A stretch of DNA of 64,000 bases from Octopus vulgaris (lineage: Eukaryota): the NCBI GenBank assembly GCA_951406725.2, contig OX597828.1:33356001-33420000 (forward strand). Reading direction: 5' to 3'. Of this stretch, positions 29,840 through 43,577 are shown in pieces. The stretch's first letter is position 1; each line of letters starts with the position of its first letter. Below the pieces are notes generated by a model, which searched no databases, was not told the DNA's origin, and saw only the letters and a list, made by a program, of their open reading frames with translations. A program made the position numbers and the translations under genes.

Positions 29840-29903
<64 letters not shown>

Positions 29904-30085
29904 CGGGACAACCAGATCGAGTGGAGCTATCCGAAATGGTCGTGACTTCTGGTACTTGACTGAAGAAAGAAAGCCAAGAATGACCCGTCTTTTTGCCTGC
30001 CCTTCTAATAGCTGTTTCACTTGTCCACCTTTGTGTTGTCTATATGTCGGAAAGTTTTAATGCCTTGTATTGCGTTTTGTTCCAA

Positions 30086-30162
30086 TGTGCCACACAGTGC
30101 GACTGAACCCGGAACCATGTGGTTGGTAAGCAAGCTACTTACCACATAGCCACTCTTGTGCC
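30086..30162 (-). mobile_element. SINE family B 5' fragment
   Basis: GACTGAACCCGGAACCATGTGGTTGGTAAGCAAGCTACTTACCACA matches the reverse complement of the family B head. Confidence 0.75.
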
Positions 30163-30584
30163 AATATATATATATATATATATATATAATTACAGACAGA
30201 GATATATATTTCTATGAATATGCATGTGTGCATATATATAACTATAGCTAAATATGAATGCATATATAGAACAAGAGAGACAGGCAGGTAGACAGGCAAA
30301 TAGATAGGTAGACGGATGGTTAGATACATAGATAGATAGATACCTAGATAGAATGAGAGAGAGAGAGAGAGAGAGAAATAAATAGAAAGATAGATAGATA
30401 TCCTTGTGTATTTGTCAATCAAAATATACAGACGCAAGATAATGAAGTCGATACTTGAGGCAGTGGAGTGTCATATTTATTATTATGCGAGCCACACACA
30501 ATAATTCTGTTTCGATTTTAATCAAATCTGATAACAATGATTAGATCCGATAAGAATCGAACACAGTTAATTGTGTAAAACACG

Positions 30585-31310
30585 TCTGATGACGATGATG
30601 ATGATGATGACAGCCACAAGAATAACGATTATGATTAGAAGATGGTGGAGAGTGAGGAACATGAGGAAGAGAGGGAGCAGGAGCAGCAGAAAAGGAGAAG
30701 AGTAAGGAAGAGGAGAGGAGGTGGAGGGGAGGAAGAGGAGAGGTGCAATAGGAGGGAGGGAGGAGAGAGAGGGAGGGTGGTTTTGGTGTTGATGGTGCTT
30801 GTGGTGTTGGTAGTGGTTGTGGTATCGGTGGTGCTAGTTGTGCTTGTGGTGTTGGTCGTGGTAATAGTATTGGTGGTGTTGGTGGTGCTAGTGGTGGTTG
30901 TGGTGTTGGTGTTCCTAGTGGTGCTAGTGGTGCTGGTGGTGCTAGTAGTTCTGGTGGTGTTGGTTGTGCTAGTGGTGCTTGTGGAGATAGTGGTGTTGGT
31001 GCTGCTAGTGGTGGTTGTGTTGTTGGTGTTCCTAGTGGTGCTAGTGGTGCTGGTGGTGCTAGTAGTTCTGGTGGTGTTGGTTGTGCTAGTGGTGCTTGTG
31101 GAGATAGTGGTGTTGGTGGTGCTAGTGGTGGTTGTGGTGTTGGTGTTCCTAGTGGTGCTAGTGGTGCTGGTGGTGCTAGTAGTTCTGGTGGTGTTGGTTG
31201 TGCTAGTGGTGCTTGTGGAGATAGTGGTGTTGGTGGTGCTAGTTGTGGTTGTTGTGCTAGTGGTTGTGGTGGTGTTTGTGGTGGTGCTTGTGGTACTGGT
31301 GGTGCCACCT
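30585..31310. repeat. Trinucleotide-derived array containing three 117-bp tandem units
   Basis: GTTCCTAGTGG marker at 30911, 31028 and 31145 (period 117), in a GGT/GTT/GCT-rich background. Confidence 0.92.
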
Positions 31311-31554
31311 CTCTTCTAGATTAACCAATAAAACAGGAAAGCCATAACCAGATTGTTATTTAAAAGTTAAAAAAATGTGGGGCCGAATTCAATATTTGCA
31401 AATTTGCCAAATAGAGAGATTGGAATTGGTGAATTCATTAATTCTTTCGACTGGCAATAAACCAGATATTAATGAGGAAGGGGGTGGGGGAGAAATAGAA
31501 AGAATCCAAAGACGATTTAAAAGTTGTGAGACGAATGCTGAATGAAAAAAACTT

Positions 31555-31650
31555 AATCCAAAGATTTGCTCGGCTCATAGCTATAGTAGAAGACTTGCAG
31601 AAGATGCCACGCAGTGGGACTGAAACCGGACCCATGTGGTTGAGAAGCCA
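31555..31650 (-). mobile_element. SINE family B fragment
   Basis: GCTATAGTAGAAGACTTGC..AGATGCCACGCAGTGGGACTGAA matches family B. Confidence 0.65.
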
Positions 31651-32623
31651 CGTCTAAAATTTAGACTGTAAAATAAAAACTGTTCGTAATATGTGTAACG
31701 ATGCATCAAATAGTCAAATGAAAACCAGCTGGATTTCCTTAAAAGCGCTTTAATAAAGAATTTTTCAGTAAATTTCGAACAGAAGTCAGTTGTAGTGACA
31801 CTGGAAGAATTGCGTTTCCAGCGACTGCAGTATTTGCAAATCCAGCTCTATTGACCAAATTTGAAGTCTTCATTGCGTTCTCGTGTTGCTTTCAGCTCGT
31901 TAGTATCTGAGTTGTGTAAGGTTACTGAAATTTGCCATTTTTTCTAAATTACGTTAGAAACTTCTGTAATAAAAGTTTCCAAATAATATTTGCAATGTGT
32001 TTGATTATTGCTGTGGTAGCATTTAAACAGTTTATGATAGCCTCTTTTATTGAATTTAAAATCCGGTTCTTGAAGACAGATTACATTTCGAGGCCTTCCA
32101 AAACGACAACCGGAACACCTGCTTCAAATAAGATATCGCAGCTTTCACACCTCACCGCTTTGCTTAGTGATAAACTGGAGAACAATTCCAATTGCGTTGG
32201 TGCCTCTATTGAACTTATAAAGCAAAATATGCCGAATATGCTTCTTTGTCATTTCGATTATATTTTGAAAAAAGAACTCTTAAAATCGAACTGCACTCTT
32301 CAAAACTAGCACTAAGAATAAAGACAAGGTAAAATTGCTGCCTGCTTTTATAGCAAGTTGATACAGGTAGTTTATCCGTTTCCCTTCCGACTTTTAGCTC
32401 ATGCAATTAAAAAATTCGCATTATTTATGGGATGGCCATATGTGTGAGTGTATATGTGTACGTGTATATGTATGTATGTATGAATGTATGTATGTATTTA
32501 TGCATGTATGTATGTATGTATATATGTATGTGTGTGTGTGTATGTATGTATGTTTGTATGTATCTAACATATTTATTCATAGATTCATAGTCAGAAACGT
32601 ACATACATACATACATACATACA

Positions 32624-32657
<34 letters not shown>

Positions 32658-32965
32658 CATACATACATGTATATATACATGCATACATACATGCCTACAT
32701 GCATATATACATACACGCCCACATGCACACACATGCACGCACGAATACACATATAAACATACACACATACACCCATACAACCTAAAACGTACCACCGGTC
32801 TTAAATTCACCATGGAAGGAAACTGTAAGACTGCGAACGATTTCATGGAGCCGCTACATTCGCGCGTATTAATTCTGTTTATAATAAGGATCCGTATACA
32901 TGCAGGTGCACACAGACCCCAACACACATGTACATGCAAACACGCACATACACACGTACGTACGC

Positions 32966-33009
<44 letters not shown>

Positions 33010-34572
33010 GTGCCACTTTACGAGAATGAACCGCTCTATTGAATGTGCGAATGGTTTGTATCTGTGTTTGTCAATTTTTAAGAAATAAGTATTGAACGTT
33101 TCGACAATGCTCTCCGCCTACCATTCTTTCTGCAATAATTATCAGCTGTATGCTAGAATGGTTTGTTTGATTATTCACCTTCTGTTCGTGAAGTCGACAT
33201 TTTTTTTTTTTTTTTTTTGCGTGCGAGAGAAATCGAAACACATAGATATATAGAAATATATGGTTATATCCGTGAGAGAAAATGTGTGTGTCGTTGTGTT
33301 GTTTTTTTTTACGCACGCACTTTCTCTTACGCATTTCAGCCATGCGGCTGCGGTCACAGACACATGTATGTATGTATGCATGCATGTGTGTATGTATGTA
33401 TGTGTATATTCACACACACATATACAGATATATGTGCATGTATATGTTGTGTGTATTTTATATATATATATATGTATATATATATATGCATGTACAGGCA
33501 TATATATGTATATATATTTGTACATATATACATACATATATATTTATATATAATTATATAAGTGTGTCTATATATTTATATATATTCTTATACATGTGTG
33601 TATATATTTTAATATATACACACACGCATGAATGTATATGTGGTTATATATAAGTGCCCAGGGAATTTGTGAACACTGTATTGTGTCTGCGTGTATGTGT
33701 GTAAGCCAATGTTAGTATGTGTATGTACGTATGTGAATCTGACCATAAATGAATGCATCTTTATGCAAGCCTGCTTTATATATATATGTATGTATGTATA
33801 TCCGTATGTATATATGTATATATATGTATATATATATGTATGTATATATGTATGTATGTATATAGGTATGTATGAATTTACCATTTCCTCGATAAATATT
33901 CTGATGTGGGCTGTATATATAAACCTATATTTATGAACTTATTCCCATATAAACATAATATTCTACAAATAAATAACAATATTTGCTTTGAGAAAGCAAA
34001 AAAAAAACTTTTCGCTCAGCTCGTTTATTTTGTTGCTTTTCCCAAGGGATCCTCATGTTCGAAGCCAGAATATCGTGAGGAAAATCAATTTAACGACACA
34101 GATGCACAAAACATTAGCTTTTCTGCCATCAGCCAATAAAATTCTCATTTTTAATGTACTTTCAAGCTGATTACTATACTTCATAAAGTTCCCCCAGACA
34201 ACTCGATACTGAATGGTTTAATACAGGATATTTCTCATGTAGTATAGAGAAAACAAAGTAAAAATAACTATTCATGATTTGTACATGAAATACCACATGG
34301 ATATATGATATACATTTTACTATTATTTTATCATTAGATGTTTGTCGTTCGTTCGGGTGTTTACCAATGGGAATCAATGCATACCAATAATCTACTGACT
34401 TTATTGTGCGAGGTTATTCTGTTATACGGGAAAAGCAATGTCTCGTGTGTGTGTGTGTATGTCTGATATCTGATTTTTTTTTCTATTCTTCATTATTAAA
34501 ACTGACAATACTCTTTACACATTATTCTCTCCGAAAACGCTGATGATATATATATAAAGAAATTTTCGTTAG

Positions 34573-34604
<32 letters not shown>

Positions 34605-35376
34605 ATGTGTGTCTGTGTGTGTATTATTTCAGGTCGAGAGGCAAAAAAATTCATTTGAAACGAATGCCAAAAATACAAATAATTACATTTTCCGATTTTA
34701 GAATGAGACTCTTGGAATCCCAGAGCAATTATGTTTCTAGCCTGTTGTTTGAGGAATCCTTTTATTAACACGAAGAACTCGACACTGCGCTCTGCCCTCC
34801 GCTGGCAAAGACGTCGAATTATGCATAGTTTTGTAGTATATCTGGCCTTAAAGAAGAATCATGATGTGTGCAAATTTTACATATCTTCCCAAATTTAACT
34901 GACAAGTACAAGAACGGAAAGTTAACGCTTCCCTGCTTTCAATATTGTTTTCCTTTTGTATTGAGTCAAGCATAAATGAAATATTGAAAGGTCAATCGCA
35001 GCATATTAAATGGGGTCATGTTTATCTATCAAGAGATGTTTTATAACATAGGCGCAGTGCCTCTTTTTATTTTTAGTATTAATCAAAATTTGAAGAACGG
35101 TGATTTCAGGAACCTTAGCAAATCAAACGAAATACACCTTTAGAGTTACATCTGAGTTACATCTGTCCTTCGGTCAGCTTTTCCTTTAGCCACCCAGGGT
35201 CGATAAATAATGTACCAGCTAGGTACTAAAGTCAATAAAATCGGTACATATTTACATAGCTTCCCAAATTTAACTGGCAATAGCAAGAACGGAAAGTTAC
35301 CACTTCCCTGCTTTTCACATTGTTTTCCTTTTGTATTACGGCAGTTAGTTTGCGTTCTGTAAAGACTGTTCTCGTC

Positions 35377-35710
35377 GAAATGTATTACGGCATTTAGTTG
35401 CCTAGAGATTAACCATATTATTTTCTACACTAGGCACAAGGCCCGAAATTTTTGGGTTGGGAGCCATTCAATTAGATCAACCCCAGTACGCAACTGGTAC
35501 TTAATTTATCGACCCCGAAAGTAAAATTTGTACACATCATGATTCTTCTTTGAGACCGTTCATACTTCGGGGTCGATAAATTAAGTACCAGTTGCGTACT
35601 GGAGTTGATCTAATCGACAGGCCCCCAACCCCAAAATTTCGGTCCTTGTGCCTAGTGTAGAAAAGAATATGGTTAATCTCTAGGCAACTAAATGCCGTAA
35701 TGCATTTCGA
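35377..35710. repeat. ~145-bp inverted duplication of a SINE A 3' half plus flank
   Basis: 35377-35523 is the diverged reverse complement of 35564-35710. Confidence 0.9.
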
Positions 35711-36634
35711 TTCGACAGTAAGTGTTGATTTATCATTCTGCGGATATCTACCTTTAATCCATGTCCAGTTATGAATTAATTAATAAATTACACGTCAATT
35801 ATGTACCAATTTCCTCTAACAAATTGTCCTGTGTCAAGTTAAATGTATTAATCTTTTGAGTTTACTGATTTAAAGGATTTTATTTTCTGGTATCACAACC
35901 AACTTAGATCTATGTGGTTCGCTGTAATTTTACTTACTTTACAATGGGCAGCGCTGAAGGGAAAAAATACCATAAGCGGTGGCATCCCAGGCGTGACTAA
36001 CCCGTTGATGTTTATGTCCATTATGTCAAACATCCTTCGTTAATTTTAATACGGTCGTGTGTCTCTCGTGAAAGATTTAGTGACAGCGTAAACAAACTCT
36101 TGCTAGCATAAGATGTATTAGCAGATTTTTAAAAGCAAAATGCTTGGTATTTAAGATTATTTGAGAATATTTCTCGTTTAGCGAATATATAATCCAGGTT
36201 TTGTATATAAAAAAAAAGAAAAGAAAAGAACCATTGTCATTAAATCCCTAGGAAATGCATCGATTTTATGTTCTTTCTTATTTTAAATATATTCGCTGAT
36301 ATTTTGGTCGTACAATCTAGAGTTTCCTTCAATTAAATACTGAACTTAAGTATATTTAATACATATTGCATTCTTAATTTAAACATAATAACTTTGGACT
36401 AATCTAATAATACAAATGCAAGAAATAATACTAACCTTCGAGAAATTAATACAATGATTGGACAAAATAGTTTCTGAAACATTTTCGTGTTCAAAATCTC
36501 GTTTATGTGTCAATATGTGTGTGTGTGCGCGCGTGTGTTTGTCTGTGTGCGTGTATCTGATGAGGATGTATGTATACAGGAATGTATGCATGAATGTATG
36601 TATGTATGAACACACCCAGACACATTCACACACA

Positions 36635-36680
<46 letters not shown>

Positions 36681-36687
36681 TATCTAT

Positions 36688-36718
<31 letters not shown>

Positions 36719-36755
36719 AATATATATATATACATATATATCTATACACACACAC

Positions 36756-36900
<145 letters not shown>

Positions 36901-37633
36901 TTATTTGCTTAAAGCGTTTTTAAATTCCAAAGTAGTTGATGATAACCCCCTCTAACCAGCCTGGGCGATAAACCCACTCTTATCAAGTGACGCTTCATAT
37001 ATTAATTTTATAACTCAATTACATTTCTGAATATTTCAAGATATCATTAAGCTCATTTCAAACTTTCACTTCTCTGTACGAATTATTCCAATCATCAAGC
37101 TAACTGGTTTACGTAAATAATCTTCTAAATTGAGATTATTCTGCACAACCAATCGCATGGTTGCCGCTCCACTTCCATGTTCCAAAGTGATATAAACTGA
37201 AAATATTAATTTAGTAAATTAACGTAATCCATTTAGCTCTGACTCGGTTAAATAAATTCTAACTTGCTGAATCAAATTGAATGGAAACATCTAATAAGTT
37301 AAACAATGTCAATATTATTTCTATTGCTCTTAGAGTTTCTTGGAAAAATTATAATGCAGTACAAGTATTGTTAGCTCATTATTTTTTCTTGGACTTGCCA
37401 GCGCAATAGACAAATACCAAAGGCTGTGTAAATAAATATGTGTAAATGGAATGTGCGGGTATGTGTGTTTCTGTCTGCGATTATATATTTGTCGGATTTG
37501 GGAAGGCATAACATGATTGTCTGTAATAGTTTCTACTGCAAGTAATCGGATATACACCAATACTAGATATTAGATCTTGCCACTTATCCCATATTAAAAG
37601 AAAAACTCCATTTAATATAGCAAGATGTATCTA

Positions 37634-37850
37634 AGGCGGTGAGTTGGCAGAATTGTTAGGACGCCGGACAAAATGTTTAGCGGCATTTTGTCCTTCCTTA
37701 CGTTCGGTGTTCAAATTCCGTCGAGGCCGACTTTGCCTTTCGTCTTTTCGAGGTCAATAACATAAGTACCAGTTGCGTGCTGGGGACTCTGTAACCGACT
37801 TATCCTCTCCCCGAAATTTCTGACTTTGTGTCAAAATTTAAAATCAATAT
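37634..37850 (+). mobile_element. tRNA-derived SINE family A
   Basis: GGCGGTGAGTTGGCAGAATTGTTAG head, GTTCAAATTCC B box, GACTTTGCCTTTC motif. Confidence 0.85.
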
Positions 37851-38082
37851 GGTGAGACGTGTAATAGATAGAGAATTTAAGCAGACGAGACAAACAACTG
37901 GTGAAAGTAAAGATTTCCCTTTGGAAACAAAAATACCCGGAAAAACTTGTTAATTCATGTCACAACCAAGGCAAAAGTCCTCCCAATCTCAGTCTTACGG
38001 AGAAATCTTCACGATGAGAGCCGAAGACAAAGACGTAAATATTCTATTTGTAGTCACCCATGATCTTAGAAACTATATATAC

Positions 38083-38149
<67 letters not shown>

Positions 38150-38150
38150 C

Positions 38151-38232
<82 letters not shown>

Positions 38233-38379
38233 ATTTATTGGCCACACACGGCTGAACACAGAGGGTACAAATACAAATGTAGCGCTTTTCTTTTCGAAAA
38301 TGAAAAAGTGCGGGTGGAGAATAAGGAAATAAAGTAAAATTCCGATGAAAAGAGATCAGGAAAAAAAAAAAGAAAAGTA

Positions 38380-38910
38380 CATATAATTATTTAGGTAAAC
38401 GATACATTCCACTTCTAATTATCAAATCACAGAAAACAAAGTCACAAATATTAACAGCTGAAAACAATCCCCAAACTTCAGAATCGAAATACATATCTGC
38501 AGAAGAAATAATTCAGGTAAGATAAATTCAGGTAAGATAAATTTCGTTGTGGGAAATGAGAATTAATTGAACAAACTAAAACAAAAAAATTCAAGAATGG
38601 GAAGTAATTACTGATTGAATGTATATATAAATGGCAAAATAAAAAATTCTCACTTACTACATCACTTGCCCACAATGCAATGACAACTATATCGGCCAAA
38701 CGAGATCAATCTTAATGTATCGGGTTTGGGTACATAAACAACAAATAAAATATTCCGCTCTTAGACCATGTTCCATGTAGGGAACTTCTAGGGAAAGGGA
38801 ATTTCAAAATGTTCCCTTTCTTCTGAATAAATGAAGAAAATTATCAACTACGCAAAGCAAAAGTACAATACATTATATCAATTCGGAATCCGAAGGCAAA
38901 CCGTAAATAG
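38380..38910 (+). mobile_element. Penelope-like (Neptune-type) GIY-YIG endonuclease fragment, not in the ORF track
   Basis: The frame from 38643 reads KILTYYITCPQCNDNYIGQTRSILMYRVWVHKQQIKY, followed by FKMFPF and QLRKAKVQYIISIRNPKAN*. Confidence 0.8.
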
Positions 38911-40014
38911 TTAACTACCGTACTAAAAACTATCATCATACAATATGTATGAAACAGTAAAAAGCGCATACACAATGTGTAAACTTTCTTCTGTAAGGAG
39001 TGTGCAATTTTGGGTGATTTTTAAAGTTTTGTTATGTATAAAATTTGCTTTATATATAATTAATAATTATTTATCAATAGCCGAACTGTGATTTGTAGAC
39101 GGGAGAGAGGGAAAAAATTTTTATTCAGGATCCGAGATAGACGACCTACCTCCCGCTCCTACATCCGTGTAAGTAAAAACACATTTAAAGGCTTTCTACA
39201 TAGAAAGTGTTGAACAGCTGAAACAAGAAGAGTAAGAACAAATAATCGATCTGTGTGCTTTTAGATGAAGCCAAGCGGAAGTTGAGAACCGACAAATAAA
39301 ACTGCCTTGTTCTCATTTCCAGCATGAAACTATTAGCCTCAATAGTTACTTCTCCAAATGAAATAAAGAACATCCACAAAACAAGAAAACATCAAGAACT
39401 AAATGGATAGAAAGCACATTCTCGTAGCTGTATTACCTCTTCGACATATATGAAGTGGAACCAGAAGCTAAAGAAGTGAAGTCCTAAAATAGCTAAAATT
39501 CATTCAATATAAAAAGAGTTTGTTTTAATCCAATCTTTTTTTTACCATCAAGGAGTGGTATACCTCCAGTGAAGAGGGATATACTTCTTCTGAAGAGGTA
39601 GCGCTCTCTAGCGAGGTAATATTTGTATCTTATAAAAGAGATTGTATGATTAGAAGTCAGCCTCCTTTCTGAACGAAATGGAATACAAAGCCCTTCGCTA
39701 ATCTAATAAATCTCAAATAAGACATTTATACGGAGTACACAAGGTATTTCCAAATGAAGTGTCGATCGATGAGATAAAGGATCACATTTTAAGTAGCAAA
39801 AATGGGAGGGATGCTCTCATTCAAATTTCGTTTGGGCATTACGAACTGTCATTTATCAATGATCTTGAAGATGTGAGCCCTCACTTGTCAACTAAAACAA
39901 AAATTATCCTCAAAAATGATTCTATGAATCAGCTATGAACAAGAAAATGAAATAGAGCGGATGCTTAATCAGGAACGAGAAGTATTCTGACCATTTTCCT
40001 TATTTGAAGCGATA

Positions 40015-40245
40015 TATTTCTTTACTACCCACAAGGGGCTAAACATAGAGGAGACAAACAAGGACAGACAAAGGGATTAAGTCGATTACATCGACCCCAG
40101 TGCGAAACTGGTACTTTATTTATCGACCCCGAGAGGATGAAAGGCAAAGTCGACCTCGGCGGAATTTGAACTCAGAACGTAACGACAGACGAAATATCGC
40201 TAAGCATTTCGCCCGGCGCGCTAACGTTTCTGCCAGCTCGCCGCC
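40015..40245 (-). mobile_element. tRNA-derived SINE family A, full length
   Basis: Reverse complement GGCGGCGAGCTGGCAGAAACGTTAGC...GTTCAAATTCCGCCGAGGTCGACTTTGCC...GTAGTAAAGAAATA. Confidence 0.9.
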
Positions 40246-40559
40246 TAAATTATTTAAAGCGATAGTGTATGATTTATGGGAGAATTAGTGCTTATTTTTT
40301 ACCGAATGAACACCATCCACCCCGAAAGTCACTTGTATCCATTTACAGCATCTTACTTAATGATTTCAAAGATTCTGAAACTAACTTCCTTGTGTACACT
40401 TCTGGGAACGATGAACAGATATTATTCGTGTGCTGAATCGATTCCATCGCCAATATTCCCAGAAGTGAGGGAAGCAGAATCACAGAAATGGTAGTTTCTA
40501 ATCTTTTACCAGACAATGATTGATTTACTAAAACTGGCGAAATGTTCGGAATATTTATC

Positions 40560-40760
40560 TTTTATCTTTTACTTGGTTCAGTCACTGGACTGCGGCCACG
40601 TTGGGGCACCTCCTCGAAGGGTGTATGTACAACGAATTGACCTCAGTGCTTGTTTTATGTAAAGTCTGATACTTATTATACCGGTCTACATTGCCGAACC
40701 GTTAAGTTACGGGTGGTGAACAAACAAACACCAATTGACAAGCGGTCGAAAACAAATACA
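40560..40760 (-). mobile_element. SINE family B 3' half
   Basis: TTCAGTCACTGGACTGCGGCCACG...TTGCCGAACCGTTAAGTTACGGG, running into its internal microsatellite. Confidence 0.75.
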
Positions 40761-40930
40761 AAGATACATACATGTGCACACATTTATATATATGTGTATG
40801 TATATATATGTGTGTGTGTGTATGTGTGTGTATTTGTGTGTGCATATATTTATATATACACATATATACATATATATATGTATATATGTATATATGTATA
40901 TATATATATATATATATATACATACATACA

Positions 40931-40966
<36 letters not shown>

Positions 40967-41029
40967 TACACACTTATATACAGGTATACGTGTGTGTATA
41001 TATACGTACAATACATATATATATGCATA

Positions 41030-41510
41030 TAGAAAAACATTAAGTAAGGCTAATCTACGAATTAAAGTAGTAGAGAGGCCTGGTACCCCTTTAAAATACC
41101 TGATCTGCAATACCTATCCCTTTGATAAGTAACACTGTACGAAGTACAATTGTGTTGTATGTAGGATGAACCCACAGATTAACTGTAAGGCTATGAATGT
41201 AGTGTATAGCTTACGGTGTACTGAGGAACGGTGCAGAAACATTACAATTACCGACAGTGGTGGAGCTGCACGTAGCATAGGGGAACGTATAGTTGAACAC
41301 TGGTGAGAGCTGAAAGAAAGGGAAAAAATAGTCAGTGCTCTACAAACATGCTAAAGCAAAATATGGAGGCTCGATTGATAGCATTGAGTTTCAAGTATTA
41401 TCGATACATAGAACTGACATGACACTGAGACAGATTACAGAGGTTACATACATAACAGTAGACAGACCGAAACTCAATAAAAAACACGAATGGAATAGTA
41501 AGACCAACAT
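41030..41510 (+). mobile_element. Penelope-like GIY-YIG endonuclease 3' fragment
   Basis: IKVVERPGTPLK...CTKYNCVVC...NCKAMNVVYSLRC...ARSIGERIVEH...VLYKHAKAKY...LRQITEVTYITVDRPKLNKKHEW, with stops and a frameshift. Confidence 0.8.
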
Positions 41511-42061
41511 ACACCACACCACATGACTGAAGATAGCAGGGTTGAGAAAAGAGAGGGAAAACATCGTCAATAATACACAGGAACATACAGGTTAATATAC
41601 ACCCAATAGATATATATGCACTTACCTGTGTTACTTATGAGAAATAGAGATACATATATAAAAAAGGAAATAAATAAATATATTAATAAATATATATCTG
41701 TCACATTCCTGTAATAAGTGTAGATAAAATAAATAGATAAATAAAACTATATAAAGGGCATGAGTCCATGCGAAGCGAACCCATACACACACACGAACTC
41801 AGTCACATGAAACTTCAACTTATAGTTTTAGTAGCAGCGGCGGTCCCTACGATGGCAGCACCAACTACACGATGGCAAAACCGTGGGCGAACACACATAC
41901 ATAGAGGCATAGAGGAACTGTACCCTATTCTATTTGACAGGTCTTTGAACAGCAGCAGCATAATGGGGTGAAAGGATGGGGCTGAGGAGAAGGCAACACT
42001 GCTACAAAAAACTACGGCACGCACACGCACACACACACACACGCACACACACAAACAAACA

Positions 42062-42122
<61 letters not shown>

Positions 42123-42182
42123 TATGTGTTTATTTGGAATGAAAAAACAACCTGAAGCACAATAATATATATATATAATGTG

Positions 42183-42233
42183 GACGCCTCTGATGAGAGC
42201 CCAATAAGGTTCGAAAAACGACTAAGGTCGTTC
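42183..42233 (+). ncRNA. Hammerhead-like motif (C3-G8), stem III decayed
   Basis: GACGCCT-CTGATGA-GAGCC(CAATAA)GGTTC-GAAA-AACGAC-TA-AGGTCGTTC. Confidence 0.55.
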
Positions 42234-42298
42234 ATCATTTTGGCAGTCTGCGGAGAAAGGCTGAAATCTGCCCTGTTTATGATTATACCATATGTTAC

Positions 42299-42351
<53 letters not shown>

Positions 42352-42352
42352 G

Positions 42353-42406
<54 letters not shown>

Positions 42407-42444
42407 GGAGGGGAGAGATACATACATGCATACATATTTATGTA

Positions 42445-42725
42445 CGTGGTCTGATCAATAAGTATGCGAAATGTTGCCATAGTACACAGAGTGAAGCCAC
42501 TGCGCAGAGATTGACTTTAGACTCAGCCGTGCATGAGCACTAAGGCTTCACATTCTAGTTCACTTCTGCTGTTTACAGCAGTGCTTGGAAGGAAAGTGTG
42601 TAGCATGTGATGGTGGCATTGACCAGGACAGAGTCGGACGGAAAAAGTGTGGCAAGCGGATTTACACTGCGTTCTTTAGCTTCCTTACTAACGCAACAGT
42701 CCGGATACTTATAGATCAGACTACG
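42445..42725. mobile_element. Mariner-type MITE
   Basis: TA-flanked ~33-bp imperfect TIRs CGTGGTCTGATCAATAAGTATGCG / CCGGATACTTATAGATCAGACTACG, no ORF. Confidence 0.85.
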
Positions 42726-42734
42726 TATATATAC

Positions 42735-42794
<60 letters not shown>

Positions 42795-42960
42795 TATATA
42801 TATATATATATATATATGAGCACATTATAAGTATGTATATATAAATATATATATAATTGTATGTATATACACACAGACACACGCATACACACACATATAT
42901 AGTAGTAACAGAAAAGACGAATTTCGATTATCCCCACATGGTGAGTTGTAATGCATATAA

Positions 42961-43531
42961 GAAATTAATAAAAGGAAAATACGCAACTTACATAGTTTTA
43001 ATATAATTTTTAATATATCGACCGGTTTCGCTATCGCTATTCATGATATTATATTTCAAATACCTTGTTTAGTAGGGCATTTATGTACAGTGATGTAATC
43101 GTGAATTGAAATATGTAAAAAGATAAAAGTTGGTTATGCGTGCATATTAAGACTTGTTTTGTATATTTCAATGAAAAAAGTTTCTTTATTTAAACGTTCT
43201 AGTTGAGAGATTACTAAACAAGGTTTTTGAAACTTGTCTCTGTCTGTACACATATATAATCCCCACCCATTACCGAAAGCTGAACAGTTATCTCCCTTAC
43301 CCACAACAATAACAATAATAACGACAACCAATTACCTCCGTTTATTTATCTACTTGTGAAGTCATTCTCTCGTGAAATCCATCACTCACAACATGGACAA
43401 AAATTCCTTCTTAAGAAAAAATATATATTCAAATAAGTAAAACATAATATCATGAATAGCGATAGCGAAAGCGGTGGATATATTAAAAATTATATTAAAA
43501 CTATGTAAGTGTGCATATTTTCCTTTTTGTA

Positions 43532-43537
<6 letters not shown>
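42961..43537. mobile_element. Foldback element with ~95-bp inverted termini, each carrying an A3-U8 hammerhead motif
   Basis: Minus 43015-43049: ATATC-ATGAATA-GC(GATA)GC-GAAA-CCGG-TC-GATAT (intact, GUC). The inverted copy at 43447-43481 has a mutated stem III and triplet. Confidence 0.75.

Positions 43538-43574
<37 letters not shown>

Positions 43575-43577
<3 letters not shown>

Noticed and set aside
31650-32400. Possible decayed Tc1-like transposase on the minus strand (GRPR motif)
   Set aside because: Only short, weak motif resemblance and no TIRs. A translated profile search is needed.
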